In this document: positions 40,501 to 52,948 of the stretch, piece by piece
Layout: every line of letters starts with the position of its first letter
Numbering within the stretch: position 1 is the stretch's first letter
Origin: Ruditapes philippinarum
Taxonomy: Eukaryota
Reading direction: 5' to 3'
NCBI RefSeq assembly: GCF_026571515.1
Contig: NW_026858036.1
Location: 434,001-498,000 of the forward strand
Length of the DNA: 64,000 nucleotides
Notes under the pieces: model-generated
What the model saw: only the letters and a program-made list of their open reading frames with translations
The model's database searches: none
Told to the model about the DNA's origin: nothing
Position numbers and translations under genes: made by a program

Positions 40501-43500
40501 ACCTTTGCATTTCATCTGTTAAACAGTTATTGAGACACAAAAATGAAATAAAATGTATCTACTTTTTTACTTAAAGTATGGCTTAATCTGATGGTCCTAT
40601 TTATGTCATAGAAAACTGTCACGTTATTTTATCTTATCTGTATTGGTATATCACTGTTATAAGCAGTAGGGGACATTCACAATAAACCGTCTATTGAATT
40701 TTTAAAAACTTAATATCATGGTGCAATCATATTTGACAAATCATATAACATATACAAGATAATAACATGTTATGCCTTATCACTGCGATAAAATGAGGTA
40801 AATTTATTTAAGTTTAACCAAAACGAATAAAAAGGGAAGTTTTTTAATAGGCACGATTTAGTGATATAATTAATCACGTACAGAGGAAAATATTAAAACA
40901 CACTGAAAATACGTAAGAAATCGTACGTTTCCTTTCTTATGTAAAAATACTTTTGTTACAATGGAGATAGTAATCAATGGTAAGATTTAAAAATGGATAT
41001 TAATCTTAAAAGATGGACCACTGTAACATATTACTATGTGTTCCTTAGTGATCCTATCTTTTACGATAAGTGAACTCGATTTCTTACACATATATCTTCG
41101 AAGTAGGCAATTATATTTATACATACTTGATGTATATACAATGTGCAAAAATATATGCAAATTATCACACATCAACTTATCGAACATCACAAACTGAGGG
41201 TACCTTTTTAAGTTCTTATTTTTAGTGTGTTTTTCGATATTTTTATGTAAACTTAATAATCTTACAGGACAAAAGTTATAAATCAGTAAGTTATTGTATA
41301 ATATAAACTGTTCACTAGAAAATGTAAATAGATTGAAACGCAGTGTAAACAATTTTGAGGGAAAAGTATGGTAATATCTTAGCAATTCAAGAACTTCCTT
41401 TTATAACTATCATTTATATTTTGTTCATGAAATGGCAAGAACCATCCTGTACATCTTTTATAAGAACTATCATTAAAGTTTTATTTTAGAATGGCAAGAA
41501 CTATCTTTTACATTTTGTTTTAGAATGACAAATGGTATTCACAGATTTCAATTTGTAATTTAAATTGACAAATGAATTTTCTTCTTATATTGAGTTCTTT
41601 CCTGTAAGTTTTACAGGAAGTCAAACTGAATTCAGATGGTCACCGCAAAAAACAGCAGAGGAAAAGCTAAAGGTCATCGCAATGCATATTTACTTATAAC
41701 CTAGCCTGATAAGATTACATCACGTTTATAATTGTAAATACAATGCATCTTGTTTAAGTTATCCAAATTCAGAAAATTAGTTTTTTTATGAAAATGTGTA
41801 GAAAATAAAACTTTGGCCATAAAACAGAACTTTACATTATAAAATCTGTATCGTTACTGATTGTAATGTTATCATTTGAATTCCATGTCGTAAATTTCAT
41901 TCAACTCTAAAACAACATGTCTAGCCGTCGTTTAAACGTGCCCGTATATCACGTACAAGTTTCTTTTAAACTGCCCATACACTACTCGTAAGCTTCGTAA
42001 TTTACAAAAAAAGGAATATCCACGTAGCTCTACATGTTTCTTAATTATTTATAGTTTTTTTTATAAAGTTAGATGAATACTGAACCTATGAACTTTCGAA
42101 TTATAAATTCACATGATTGACATTCCTCGTTATTGATTTGTATAGTTGTTTTCTCGTCTTACAAAATCTGTGAATCAATTGTTTTATTGCTTATTATCTC
42201 TAATTGTAAACGTCGTCGCATTCATCTGACTTTCGGCCTGAATATCAAGAATATATACAGAACAATCTACCACCGTTGACTTAAGTAATAGATCAAACAC
42301 CGAAACATGAGGCTATCTGATTTGTATTATCTCTTTTCCCGTTGGCATAATAAGTAAAGAGAGAAAATGTAGCCAATCACCAAGCATGTTTTTTATTGCC
42401 GGCAGACAGTGCGTCAATTTGTATTTGATTGAGTCAGTCTGTAAATATCAGAAATAAATTCTTGAGTTAACGACGATTTGTAGAATATTGAACTTCCCAA
42501 CCATTAAAATGCCATTTACTTTGGATGTTTTGTTTAAAAAGTGAGGTACAAAAATATGAAACTGTTCTCCGTGCAACATAAATTACTCCTGGAGATTTCT
42601 TTAACTTGTAAATCGATATTTTTCAAAAGTTGTGGAGCCAAAGGCCAAGAGATGAAGCGAAATGTTCGATGTTGAAAGTAAGGCGATATTTACATGTAAA
42701 AGCTATAGAAGTGAAAATAGGCATGATCAAGTGTTGAAACCGAGATATAAATACATTTTAAAGAAACTTATTAAGCGTGATAACTTTCAACGACTATAGC
42801 TTAATTAATATAATCGCAAAGGTGTAACCCATGGCTGCCGTATAGATTCAATTATTTATGTTCCAAATTTGGATGAGGTCAGAAAATTAATCATATCCAT
42901 GTCGTTAAACAGGATGCCACTTATTCGAGGTCAATCATGATTTTTGACACGGTTTGTACATTTTAAAAACGTGTGTCAGTGCAAATTCGACAAAATCGAA
43001 TATTTTTAGTTCTACCGCGTGCAAATGTTTCTGAGCAGGTACGTGTAACGCGATCGTTGTCGCCAAAATGTTATGTTTTTTTTCCGAAACTTTAGATATT
43101 CAAGTTACAGAACAGAGACAAAATTATGCAATGCACGGGGCACATTAAATGGTCACTACTACCGAGTTCATCTGTAATTAATAGCTCAAATAAGGTTGGA
43201 TATTTCCATGAAAAGTGTCAGTCGTTCTAAGGATAAAACGCGTGTTTCATTTTTTGTTTCAAGATACTTCCTCTCTTATTTAGCACTGTTGTTTATTTTA
43301 TAATTGTCCTCTCAATGTGTAAATAGAACTGTTTGTTTTATAATCAAATACTGTATATTGTTAGTACAAATCTTGGTTTAAGAAAAATATAAGTTAAACA
43401 AATATCAGTAATATTATTCACAGGGTATCTATGACAAAACGAACGTAATAAAAACGGCAGTGCTCAGTCGATGTACGGACTAAAATCATCAATAGTTGAT

Positions 43501-44611
43501 AGACCTAGTTATAGTAGAAATAAATATATATATATTATCATATTTCTCCGGCTTCACATTTTATTAAGTCTATTTCAACTTTAAAAGATTTTATTTATAG
43601 AAATTCGTAGACTACAAACTTAACACCAACTTAATATCGCCTTGCGTCCAACAATCGACCTTTCGCTCCATCTCTTGCCCTTTGGCTTCACTACTTTCGA
43701 AAGAAATGGATATACAAATTTAAGAAATCCACAAAGAGTAGTTTATTTTGCACAAATAACTAGCTCATGTTACGCGTTGATATTTTTCTAAAACACTTTT
43801 CAAGAAATCAAAAGTGTAGAGCGTGTCAATTGTTGGAAGTTTGATATTTAACCCATCGCCGATCACTTCGTCAGATGATAAAGTTTTCCCGGGTTCAATA
43901 TAATTTTCTTTTTGTAATAGCTTAGATCATTTGAAGCCTAAAACAATCCTACACAGAACTAACGTGATCGATGTTTGGAAAAATACAACTTAAATGAATT
44001 ACAAGACAAAAACATAAACCAAACTTACAAGTAGACGTTTAAATCGGCCTATCTCTGAAATGCCTTTCGCTCGCTTTACCGTACACCACAATTTTGTAGT
44101 GGAGCGACAGTTTGCCGGGCGTGATACAGAAAAGATGGCTTCTTTCTATCTTGGCAAAGCGAGTTTGAGAGTTTGCGACTGTAAAACGCTTTTAGGATAA
44201 CAATTTATCACTATATTGTTAGCATAGTTAAAGGATTTACCTTCCCAGGTCGAAGACCTGAATTTATTATGTTGAAAAATGTCTGGCGCAACGATTTCTA
44301 CCTGCATCAAACTGTCCTGCTCGCTATATGTTTATTATGTGTCAAGTGAAGCATAACAAACGTTAGGCCACAGTGTTCTCGTGGAAACTAACTGCAAACG
44401 CTACTTCTATTCATATTTAATAACTGTTTACAAAAAGGTTGATGTTTTAGACCCTTTTTTGTTTAGGAGAGTAGAATTCGTTATTCCTTTCATTATCTGT
44501 TTACATCAATATTGACAAATAGGGGTGTCGATTATTCTTATATAAAAGCATAAATATTATTTCTCGCCTAAATCTGTAACCAACTAGTCAATCATTCATT
44601 TGCTATGTGTT

Positions 44612-44690
44612 AAGCATAATGGTGTGGTGGTAAAGTGTTACCTCTGTGAGTGTAGAGACCATGGTTTGAATCCTTGAAAAGGCAGGTTTT
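44612..44690 (+). repeat. tRNA-like SINE head / Pol III promoter remnant
   Basis: TGGTGTGGTGG A box and GGTTTGAATCC B box at tRNA spacing, but acceptor and anticodon stems do not pair cleanly. Confidence 0.5.
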
Positions 44691-45020
44691 TAGGGTTTTT
44701 TAACGAATTGGATTTTAGATCTCCGTGAATTTCATTGACACAATGTTATTTGAGAACATTTAGTTATACACACATTCGCATTCAACAAGTTAAGTGTAAG
44801 ACGACACAGTCGTGATTAGGATTATAAATGAGCAAGGGAAGAACTTATACAAATGAGCCAAACTTGTTTAAAATTGAGAGTTTCAAACATAATAACATTA
44901 AATTAATATAATTTACAAAATTATACATATTTTTGACTTAAAAAATACTTATCTGTATTATTGTTTTGAAATGATTTAACGTATAATCCTACTTAAAATC
45001 GATGTTTTTATTCACTTCAG

Positions 45021-45142
45021 CTCAAACCAGAATGCTAATATCCCAAAAAGAATTATCATATTAATCGATGACTATAAGAATATCACCACAACATATTTCG
45101 TTACAAAGGTTTGTTGATAAGTTCATTGTCATTCAAATAAAG
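45021..45142 (+). other. Probable non-coding 5'UTR exon of the protease gene
   Basis: Good acceptor (ttcacttcag) and donor (AAG|gtaaga) 300 nt upstream of the acceptor at 45445 that opens the ATG-bearing exon; no transcript evidence. Confidence 0.4.
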
Positions 45143-45518
45143 GTAAGAATAGGGATCTATGTTTCCTCACAATTTCGTGTGCTGTATTGAATTTCACATG
45201 CAATTGTTATATAGTAGTAACTTTTTATCACAATGAAATATAAATTATCTTTATATGATACAATGTGTTAGTAGAGTATGGTTTATGTATATGATGAACA
45301 GTCGTTTGTTGCATACTATCTGATTCTCATTTTTCCTGTTATTTTGAAGTACGACGAACAAGAATAACTATATTTTTTCAACGCGGTTTGTGATTTGTTA
45401 CGTCAATCATTAATAATGTTTACAGATACTTGTTTAATTTTACAGATAAATCTGATCATATTTAATCGCAAGCAAACTTTACATGTTGATATATTCATAT
45501 TTTTATTAATATTTTCTC

Positions 45519-48500
45519 ATGATTTTTACAATGCAGGACAACATCATGGCACGCAACCGACTTCAAGATATAGATGTTATTAAGGTAAGCGCACCAGTGA
45601 AATGTTTTCCACGGTATCAGTACATGCTAAAGATGAGGAAAGATTTGGCCAAGCGGTATAACTGTTTGATGGAGAAATATGAATGTGACCCACTTAAAGA
45701 CGATCTCAGTGACGAAAATGTATGCATATTTATGTGCAAATCTAAGAAATCGAAAGAACCCTTTATCGACATAGAATTGATTGTTTCACCAAGACATCAG
45801 GACTCTGTTACTAAAAGAGAGTACCAAGCTGAAAATGAAAATGAATTGAAATCAGTCAAAGGCGCTTACTTCATATTTTTAGGAGATGAAGATACTTTGA
45901 CAATTTCAAAAGATTTCCATGAACGTACTATTGTGATAGGAAAAGATAAAGAGTCGGAATACATTCTTACACAGATATTAGGTAGTAAGGAAAGAATTGG
46001 TGATTGTTTATATGATGATTTATTCAAAGCTTTGTCAATCCATTTAGAAAGGTTTGCTTTGACTGGAATGAGGAGTGCATGTGAAAATTTGTATTCTGTT
46101 CTTACAGACAACGACGTGGCAGGTAATAAGTATATCTCGATAAATTAAGTAAAAAGAGATGATTTACAGGGTAATATTTACGTACCTCGGAGTCTTTATC
46201 AACATATCTGTTATGTATGTTGAATTGTTTTCAATCTAAACTGCAAATTTGGATTTATAAGGTTTTTTTGGTCACATTTGAAGAATAGTACGATGCAAAC
46301 GAAAATAACTAGGCAGGCAATGTTTAAGAGTCATTGTTTTTCAGAGTTTAAGAAGCGTTACGTACACAATGCAAGAACAGAACGCTAATATCCAATAAGT
46401 CCAAATGATTTCTACATTATGTTCATGCAAGTAAAAAGTGCATCAGCGCTATTCTATATGTCTGACTGGATAAGTTTATGATTCATTCTTTGTCATAAAA
46501 ACATGGCGACTTGAGTTTAAACAGAAGATAAAAGTAGATATCTATGCTATAATAAGCTTTGAATCCTGTTTTCGTTAATTTCCGTTACACGTTTAAACTA
46601 TTAATTGAAAAAAATAAAGATTTTGTTTTCTTTTCAGGCGAGCTTTCCTTGAATTCTCGAAGTACCGAGTCAACGAAACAACGACCTAAATCAGACGGAG
46701 TCGACAGTATTTTTTTTTAATTTTTATACAATTATTTTGCTGCAAAGCAGACGAGTCTTTTTTTTAATTTTTATACAATTATTTTGCTGCAAAGCAGCCG
46801 AGTCTTTCATGATTTTGAAAAAGACGCATGATTTACTGTCGAATGACGCGATTTTTTGCGGATCGTCAATAAAAAAACAAGTACATATAAACATTCGCAT
46901 ATCAGTTTTACACTTCAGGACCAAATTCAAATTTCTGGCTTTGTTGCAAAACATTTTAAGTTATATTTTCTTCAAATGGAAATACTATGTTTTCTTATCT
47001 CCATATACAAATAATGGACTGTCTGTATTTTACCGAGATTTAATATCGTGAAACCAGGCTGAAATTAAATCAACGTAAATTCCTTGTCTCTACCTATGGG
47101 GGAACTGTTTCGCACATGGATTAACACATCGTTGTAAGAGCTGTTGTGCTGCGCTTTCATAAAACATCTGCCTTTCTAATCATTTGTTGTCTTTAAGAAA
47201 ATAGGAAACATGTTCATTTTGGAGAAATTTACATTTCATTGAAGTTTTGTATTCTTCCTTTCAGATGATTTGGTTTCAAAACCTTAAATATTATAGTCGT
47301 CTTTTACATAGTAAAGCGAGGTCACATGTTTTATTTTGGTTAAATTTGGTAACGGGTCTGATGCCTTTCATGTCTTATATACTACGTTTATGCTCAAATT
47401 TGATGTTGTAATTAATAAATGTTCAAGACATTATGATAAACCATTACGTGCAACACTGTCTATATATAATTACGACACACGGTGTCGGATTCCTGGCACA
47501 TAACGACATTAACTGAAACCTATCCGTCCTGACATGTTATAAAAAGAGTACGGGCGTAATGGAATGTTCGTGTCGTAACGCTTTCCCTTAAATTTCAACA
47601 ATTGCGCAGATCTAAACAGTCATCCGTTTGGGTAGCACTTTACCCGGCTCTTCTAAATGTTTGCAGTGTACAGTTGACCATGTCTTCCCAGCCATTCAAT
47701 GCGTGCGTAAAACAGCGCTTGTTCCCAATATTAATAACTCCTAAAAGGATAACATAAACCAATATTTTATATATATATATTTTAATAGAGTTATTCATTA
47801 CTGCATGATTAATGTATTTACGATATTTCAGTTAAAGCTAATTCAGCGGAACGAACACCCCGACCACAGTCTGAAGACATTAAACAATCATTAGAAGTTA
47901 AAAATAGTCAAGGTAAATTATTTTTTGTTTGGTTTACGTCGAACTAACATTTTAAAAGTCTACATGGTGACAACCTGCCAAAACTGGTAGAGCAAGGGAT
48001 CAGCTACATCACTGCATTATTTGCAGCTGAGTAGAACCATTGACATTTTGTGAGCTAGATGGATAGCTTCCTAACACAAAAATAATCAAATTCCCTAGCA
48101 TGATTCGAAATCGCAGTGGTGAAGTGCTAGTGATTCGTTGTCAACGACCCTTACCACTCGGCTAAGGATACTACAAAGTTATTGAACTAGACCGAATCTT
48201 AAGTTATCAATCATACATTCTAAGCTGTATATAAGGGTGCATAAGAAAGTGTGCTAGAATTTGTTTTGCGGGAGAGCATTACCGAAAGACTATCTTAAAG
48301 GTATGATGTTCGACGGTTTTAACCTAAATTTAAGACTTAACAAAGCATCAAACAATCAATAAACACATACATATGTTAAGGTCAGAATGTTATTATTATA
48401 TGGTAGTTATGTCATAAAGATAACGGTTTTCTTCTAACACATACAAATTTAGAAGCAAAGTCGTATTTTAATGCGATCTAAGTCCGACTTTGTGACATTC

Positions 48501-50905
48501 CAACATTTCTTACCTATGCATAAAGTAAGACTGTTTTGATTTCAACAAAGAACGTCACAAGTTTGATTCCTAATTACAAATTCAATCGTTAGGCATTGCA
48601 AAAATTCATGATCTAAATGAAAGTAATTACCATTCGATTATTATCAAGGCGTGTATTTGTTGTTGTTTTCACAACTTTAGTTCTAAAACAATATGTCGAA
48701 AAATGGATCCACTAAATCCAGTGAAACTATCAACTTGCTCTTGTTATGTATGCAACATATTACATGTATATAGTTTGTATCTGGCCAGTTGGTATTTCCA
48801 ATATTATCATTGTTCTATTTTTAGAACATAAACGACATGTATGTACTAGAACGTTCTTAATTGTTGTAGAAAACTCATGCATAATATTTAGATAGAAATT
48901 TCTGGAATGATCTTTATTGTTGAAGTTGCTAGATTATGATTACTGTAGTAAATGGAAGACTATTCTAGAAACTTCTTAGTTAATATATATAAGGAGACAT
49001 TTTTCATTACTCTTATCTTTAAGTCATCAGTTACCTTTTAAGTCATCAGTGATCTTTTAAGTCTTCAGTTACGTTTTAAGTCATCAATATATTTGGAGTA
49101 TTATTCAACTTGGATATTAAGTGATTTATTGGAGCTTGGATTATTTCAAAATAGATTAAATTATTATTGTGGATTTTATTGTGGGAATTTATTCTAAAGT
49201 GTTCTTGGATTTAACTTGGATTTAACTGTGCTATTCAAAAAAGGATCATTCCAGGATCAGACTAGACATTTAAGATTTCATTTTTATTTGGACTTCAGGT
49301 ATTTGTAAACGTAATTTGTTATTTTATTTTTCTTTAATAATTTTTCAACAATAAATTTGTTATTGTTACAAGTTTGTTGCTGGCTTTTCTTTCTCGTTAC
49401 GCCTGGCTCGTAACACTCTTATGACATGGTTGAGCGTTTGAAGGAGTATTTGACACTTGATGACACAAAATGTCAAAAAATGTTGTTATTCGAATGTTTT
49501 ATTTGTCTTAGAAATACAAAGAAAAAAATATTTACTTACATTGTTGAAAAGATTCTATAATTATTGATCTGACGTAAATATAGTATTTTTGGTAAAAATA
49601 AATGGTAACATAAATAAAATAATTCTACAATTTTCTCGTCAAATATGTTTTCAGACAAAAGTCGCAAACGCGGCATTCATGCCAATTTTCCAGATGCAGA
49701 CAAAGAGTTGATAGAACGTCTTCACACTGAATTTGTTGGAATATTTAACAGAAGCATTCTTCCAAACAATGAGAAACCGTGTTTTGCTGAAAACCTGTAC
49801 AAGATTGATAAAACGGTTACTATTTAAATCTGTTACCCCTGTATTTTTAGTAAAGGAGACCTTTTTCAATAGTTGTGAATATTCATAAAAACATTTTTGC
49901 ATCGTACGTTTTGTAGAATGCAACAATGAATTGCTAATTGTTTTTTATCTATATAAATGTACTACAAGTCTGAATAGTTTCCAATAAAAATATTAAAAGT
50001 GTTTTCATATTTGTATATTGTGCTTTGTGTTACAGATGTTGCAGGAGTTAAAGATGATAAGTCATTTGATAAGAAGTTGCGGATATCGCTGGGGTACCTT
50101 TCAGATAAATGTCAACGATGAATACATTTCAGACGATATTAAAAAAGGCATCGATACTTTAATGAAAACACATAACATAACAAAGTACTCTTTAGTTAAA
50201 GTTGGAATAAACCAGTGTTCAACTTGCCATGTAGGTCAGGGAGTAAAAGTTGAATATGGAGCTGGAACTCTTGGGGGGTTCGCTAAAACGTCTTCGGAAG
50301 AATCAGAACGGGCTTGGGCCATACTTTCTAGACATGTTGCTCAAAGAAGTTCTGACAGGAATCTGTACATTGCTAATGACGAGAAAACGTATATTGGAAA
50401 GGTTATGAAAGAAGTTATTGAGGATGAGGCAAATAAACAATACCTTGATATTGCCGCTGCATCATTGCAGCGAGACATATCTTTTGATTCAAGGTATATT
50501 ACTGAAGAGGGGAGTCCTGTTCCAGGAAAACCTTGCGATTATGATACCGATAAGCTTAGAGGTTTGAATGTACACATTAAAGGAGCTACAACGCGACTAG
50601 GTCTTGGTACAATTACTATGCCGGAACAAATTGCAGTGCAAACTGACAATTTGGATGAGAACTATATAATTGTAGAAGACAGACATAAAGGCATTGCTTT
50701 CTGTCAAGCAGGCGATAGTGGGGCGATAGTGTGTGCCGATAATCCTGATAAATATGGAGAGGAAGTCCAGTTAATTTCAATGGTTGTTGGAGAAAATATA
50801 AACAAACCGGCATCACAGCGACAACGTTCATATACTACGGTTAGACTTGATAAGGGTTTAGAGCAGCTGAAATCATTAACAGAAAAAGATTTTCACATGT
50901 GTTAA
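45519..50905 (+). CDS. Uncharacterised ~594-aa protein with C-terminal trypsin-fold (PA clan) serine protease of Nal1/Ssy5/bacterial type
   Basis: Exons 45519-46122, 46638-46706, 47832-47912, 49655-49815, 50036-50905 splice in frame (1785 nt; phases 1,1,1,0). Last exon encodes GAGTLGGF, AILSRHV (His 50333-35), YLDIAAA (Asp 50447-49), VHIKGATTRLGLGTI, FCQAGDSGAIV (Ser 50717-19). The two small middle exons are less certain. Confidence 0.8.
47965..48170 (-). mobile_element. tRNA-derived SINE, degenerate
   Basis: Minus strand: TAGCCGAGTGGTAAGG (A box) .. ATTTCGAATC (B box) followed by a GGAAGCTATCCATCTAGCT..GGTTCTACTCAG body resembling molluscan SINE central domains. Confidence 0.7.
48742..49415 (+). 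mobile_element. Solo LTR (Ty3/Gypsy-like), 674 bp, in an intron of the protease gene
   Basis: TG...CA ends with short inverted termini TGTTATG / CGTAACA, 4-bp TSD CTCT (48738-41, 49416-19), TATATATAAG near 48985, AATAAA near 49350, internal ~20-bp repeat TTTTAAGTCATCAGT x4 (49017-49088). Confidence 0.85.
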
Positions 50906-51324
50906 ATGAACAATGATTGTTTATGTGCATTCATGTGTTTCGGGTGTCCAGTATTTTTAACAGTTTCAAGTTTTAACGTATGTTTGTCTGTAAGTAGTTC
51001 TCCGTTCAGTCAACACACTTTAACCTAGACACTCCATACCTTAAGTATATGTTAAACCTTGTATTAATTTTTACTTTCAACGTTACCAGTTTCCTTATAA
51101 TTTTGGAAGTTATGGTATTATTCTTGTAGTTGTGACGTTTCCGGTTAAAGGGGATGTGGTCTGTGTCAACTTCATTGTATGACATATTGATGTACGAGTA
51201 TGAATGCTTTCATTGATCAAGGATAACAACTTAAGAACAAATAACAAAGTCACGAAACCAGTTGTTGCATAAATATCAGATGAATGCAAATACTGTTGAA
51301 AAACCAACTGCGTACACCACATGT

Positions 51325-51770
51325 TACAATGAAATAGATTGGAAACTAATATTTAATATACCTTTGAAGAGTACAATCGACACCAATCGTCGTAATTTTC
51401 AAAACAGTTTTAATGCGTTTAGTCCCAACAAATAAATATATTTTAAATGCAACTTATCATCTGCCAATGTTTATGATTTTTGTTTATTTGAGAATATATT
51501 GAACATTTAATATAGAGATGTCAATAAACAAAAGTTTTCTGGAACATAATCCAAACATTTGTATTCTCTAAAGGTTATCTAGTGTATTTCAGTATATTAG
51601 GTATGCATAACACTTTAAATGTTATCATAATTCTGTGTAAATACTTCATATTTAAATGAAATATAGCAAAAATATACCAACTTTTGGAACATTTATGCTA
51701 TATCACTCTTATAGAAATTGGAAAATAAATATCTTTAATACAAAACAATCTATTGTGATGAACGATCGTC
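51325..51770 (+). mobile_element. Decayed L1/Tx1-like LINE 3' fragment
   Basis: Broken frame reads EIDWKLIFNIPLKSTIDTNRRNFQ..VPTNKY..KCNLSSANVYDFC..EHLI*RCQ*TKVFWN, the zf-RVT-type C-terminus, with stops and frameshifts. Confidence 0.65.
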
Positions 51771-52119
51771 AAATTTCAATGAAACTTAAATTTTACAGAC
51801 CCCAAAACCACTCAATTTAGACATATAAATATGGATATTCATACGGAACAGGATACGATCTTCTGTTCTTGTCCCCTTTAACCCATTTATTTTTACTTTT
51901 TTTTTAATATTTTTTTACTAAGTATAAGCTTTGTCAAATATCATTATACATGTAATTGTTTCAATTTGTAACCCCTTATTAATCAGTGTAATAAAATCTA
52001 ATATGAATGAGTTATGCGTTTCTTGTAAATATAAAATAAATACAAAGCTTTTACAAATAAGATATTCAATAAAGAAGTTGCTTTGCAGTCGCCTGTGACT
52101 GAATATGAATCATGTTCAT

Positions 52120-52167
52120 GGTTGTTTTTTGTTGTTGTTGTTGTTGTTGTTGTTGATGATGATGATG
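52120..52167. repeat. (GTT)n(GAT)n microsatellite
   Basis: Direct reading. Confidence 0.9.
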
Positions 52168-52843
52168 TGTGGAGATTCACACGGTCAAAATATAGTCTTT
52201 GTTTTTCATTTTACAAATGTCTTAATATATTATATTAGGATATTGAAATAGATAACAGTATTTGCAGTTTGCCCCGATGCTAGAGGTGCACATAGGGTGT
52301 TGCATCTTTCATTATCTGTAATGTGTAGAGTTTGACATATTCATCATTTCACCCTATTGTTTGGATTGCTGTCATTTAATTTGACTTGCACATCCTACTG
52401 ACCACTACTTCTTATCAATTTTGTTATCAACTTTTCAAAATCTGAACAAATCTGGCACAATTTATTCTTCTTGTCAGAGATATTTACTTAGATAAACAGC
52501 TGTTATTATATACAAAATAATGAAATAACACCAATTTGCTCTTCACACAAACATCTAATTATGACTAATTTCATAGTGAAATATGATTGTATTCTCGCAT
52601 ATCAGACAGAATTATCTATCGTTTACACCGATGCTAGAAAATCCTGCCTTACACCCCCATGTAAGACAAGTCGCATGCTTTAAATGATGTCATTGCCGCG
52701 AGCCTTTTGTTCTAACGATGACGCCACTTAACTGTTTTTAGTTCATACGCTACTATAAGTAAAAAAGTGCGTAATGAGAATATCAGTTTTCGCAATTTCT
52801 GTTCTGAAAATAAGCGATATGTAATATGTAAGCAAAATAACCA

Positions 52844-52948
52844 AACACTGGCTGTCGGCGCAGACTGGAATATCTACCAGAGCCTCGATACCACCGTAAA
52901 CAGTCACACTCGAGCTAGATATTCCAGTCTGTACCGGCAGCCGGTGTT
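52844..52948. repeat. ~105-bp hairpin (33-bp imperfect inverted repeat)
   Basis: AACACTGGCTGTCGGCGCAGACTGGAATATCTA ... TAGATATTCCAGTCTGTACCGGCAGCCGGTGTT. Confidence 0.75.

Noticed and set aside
44612-44690. Possible tRNA gene
   Set aside because: A/B boxes present but the cloverleaf stems do not pair; kept as a SINE-like remnant.
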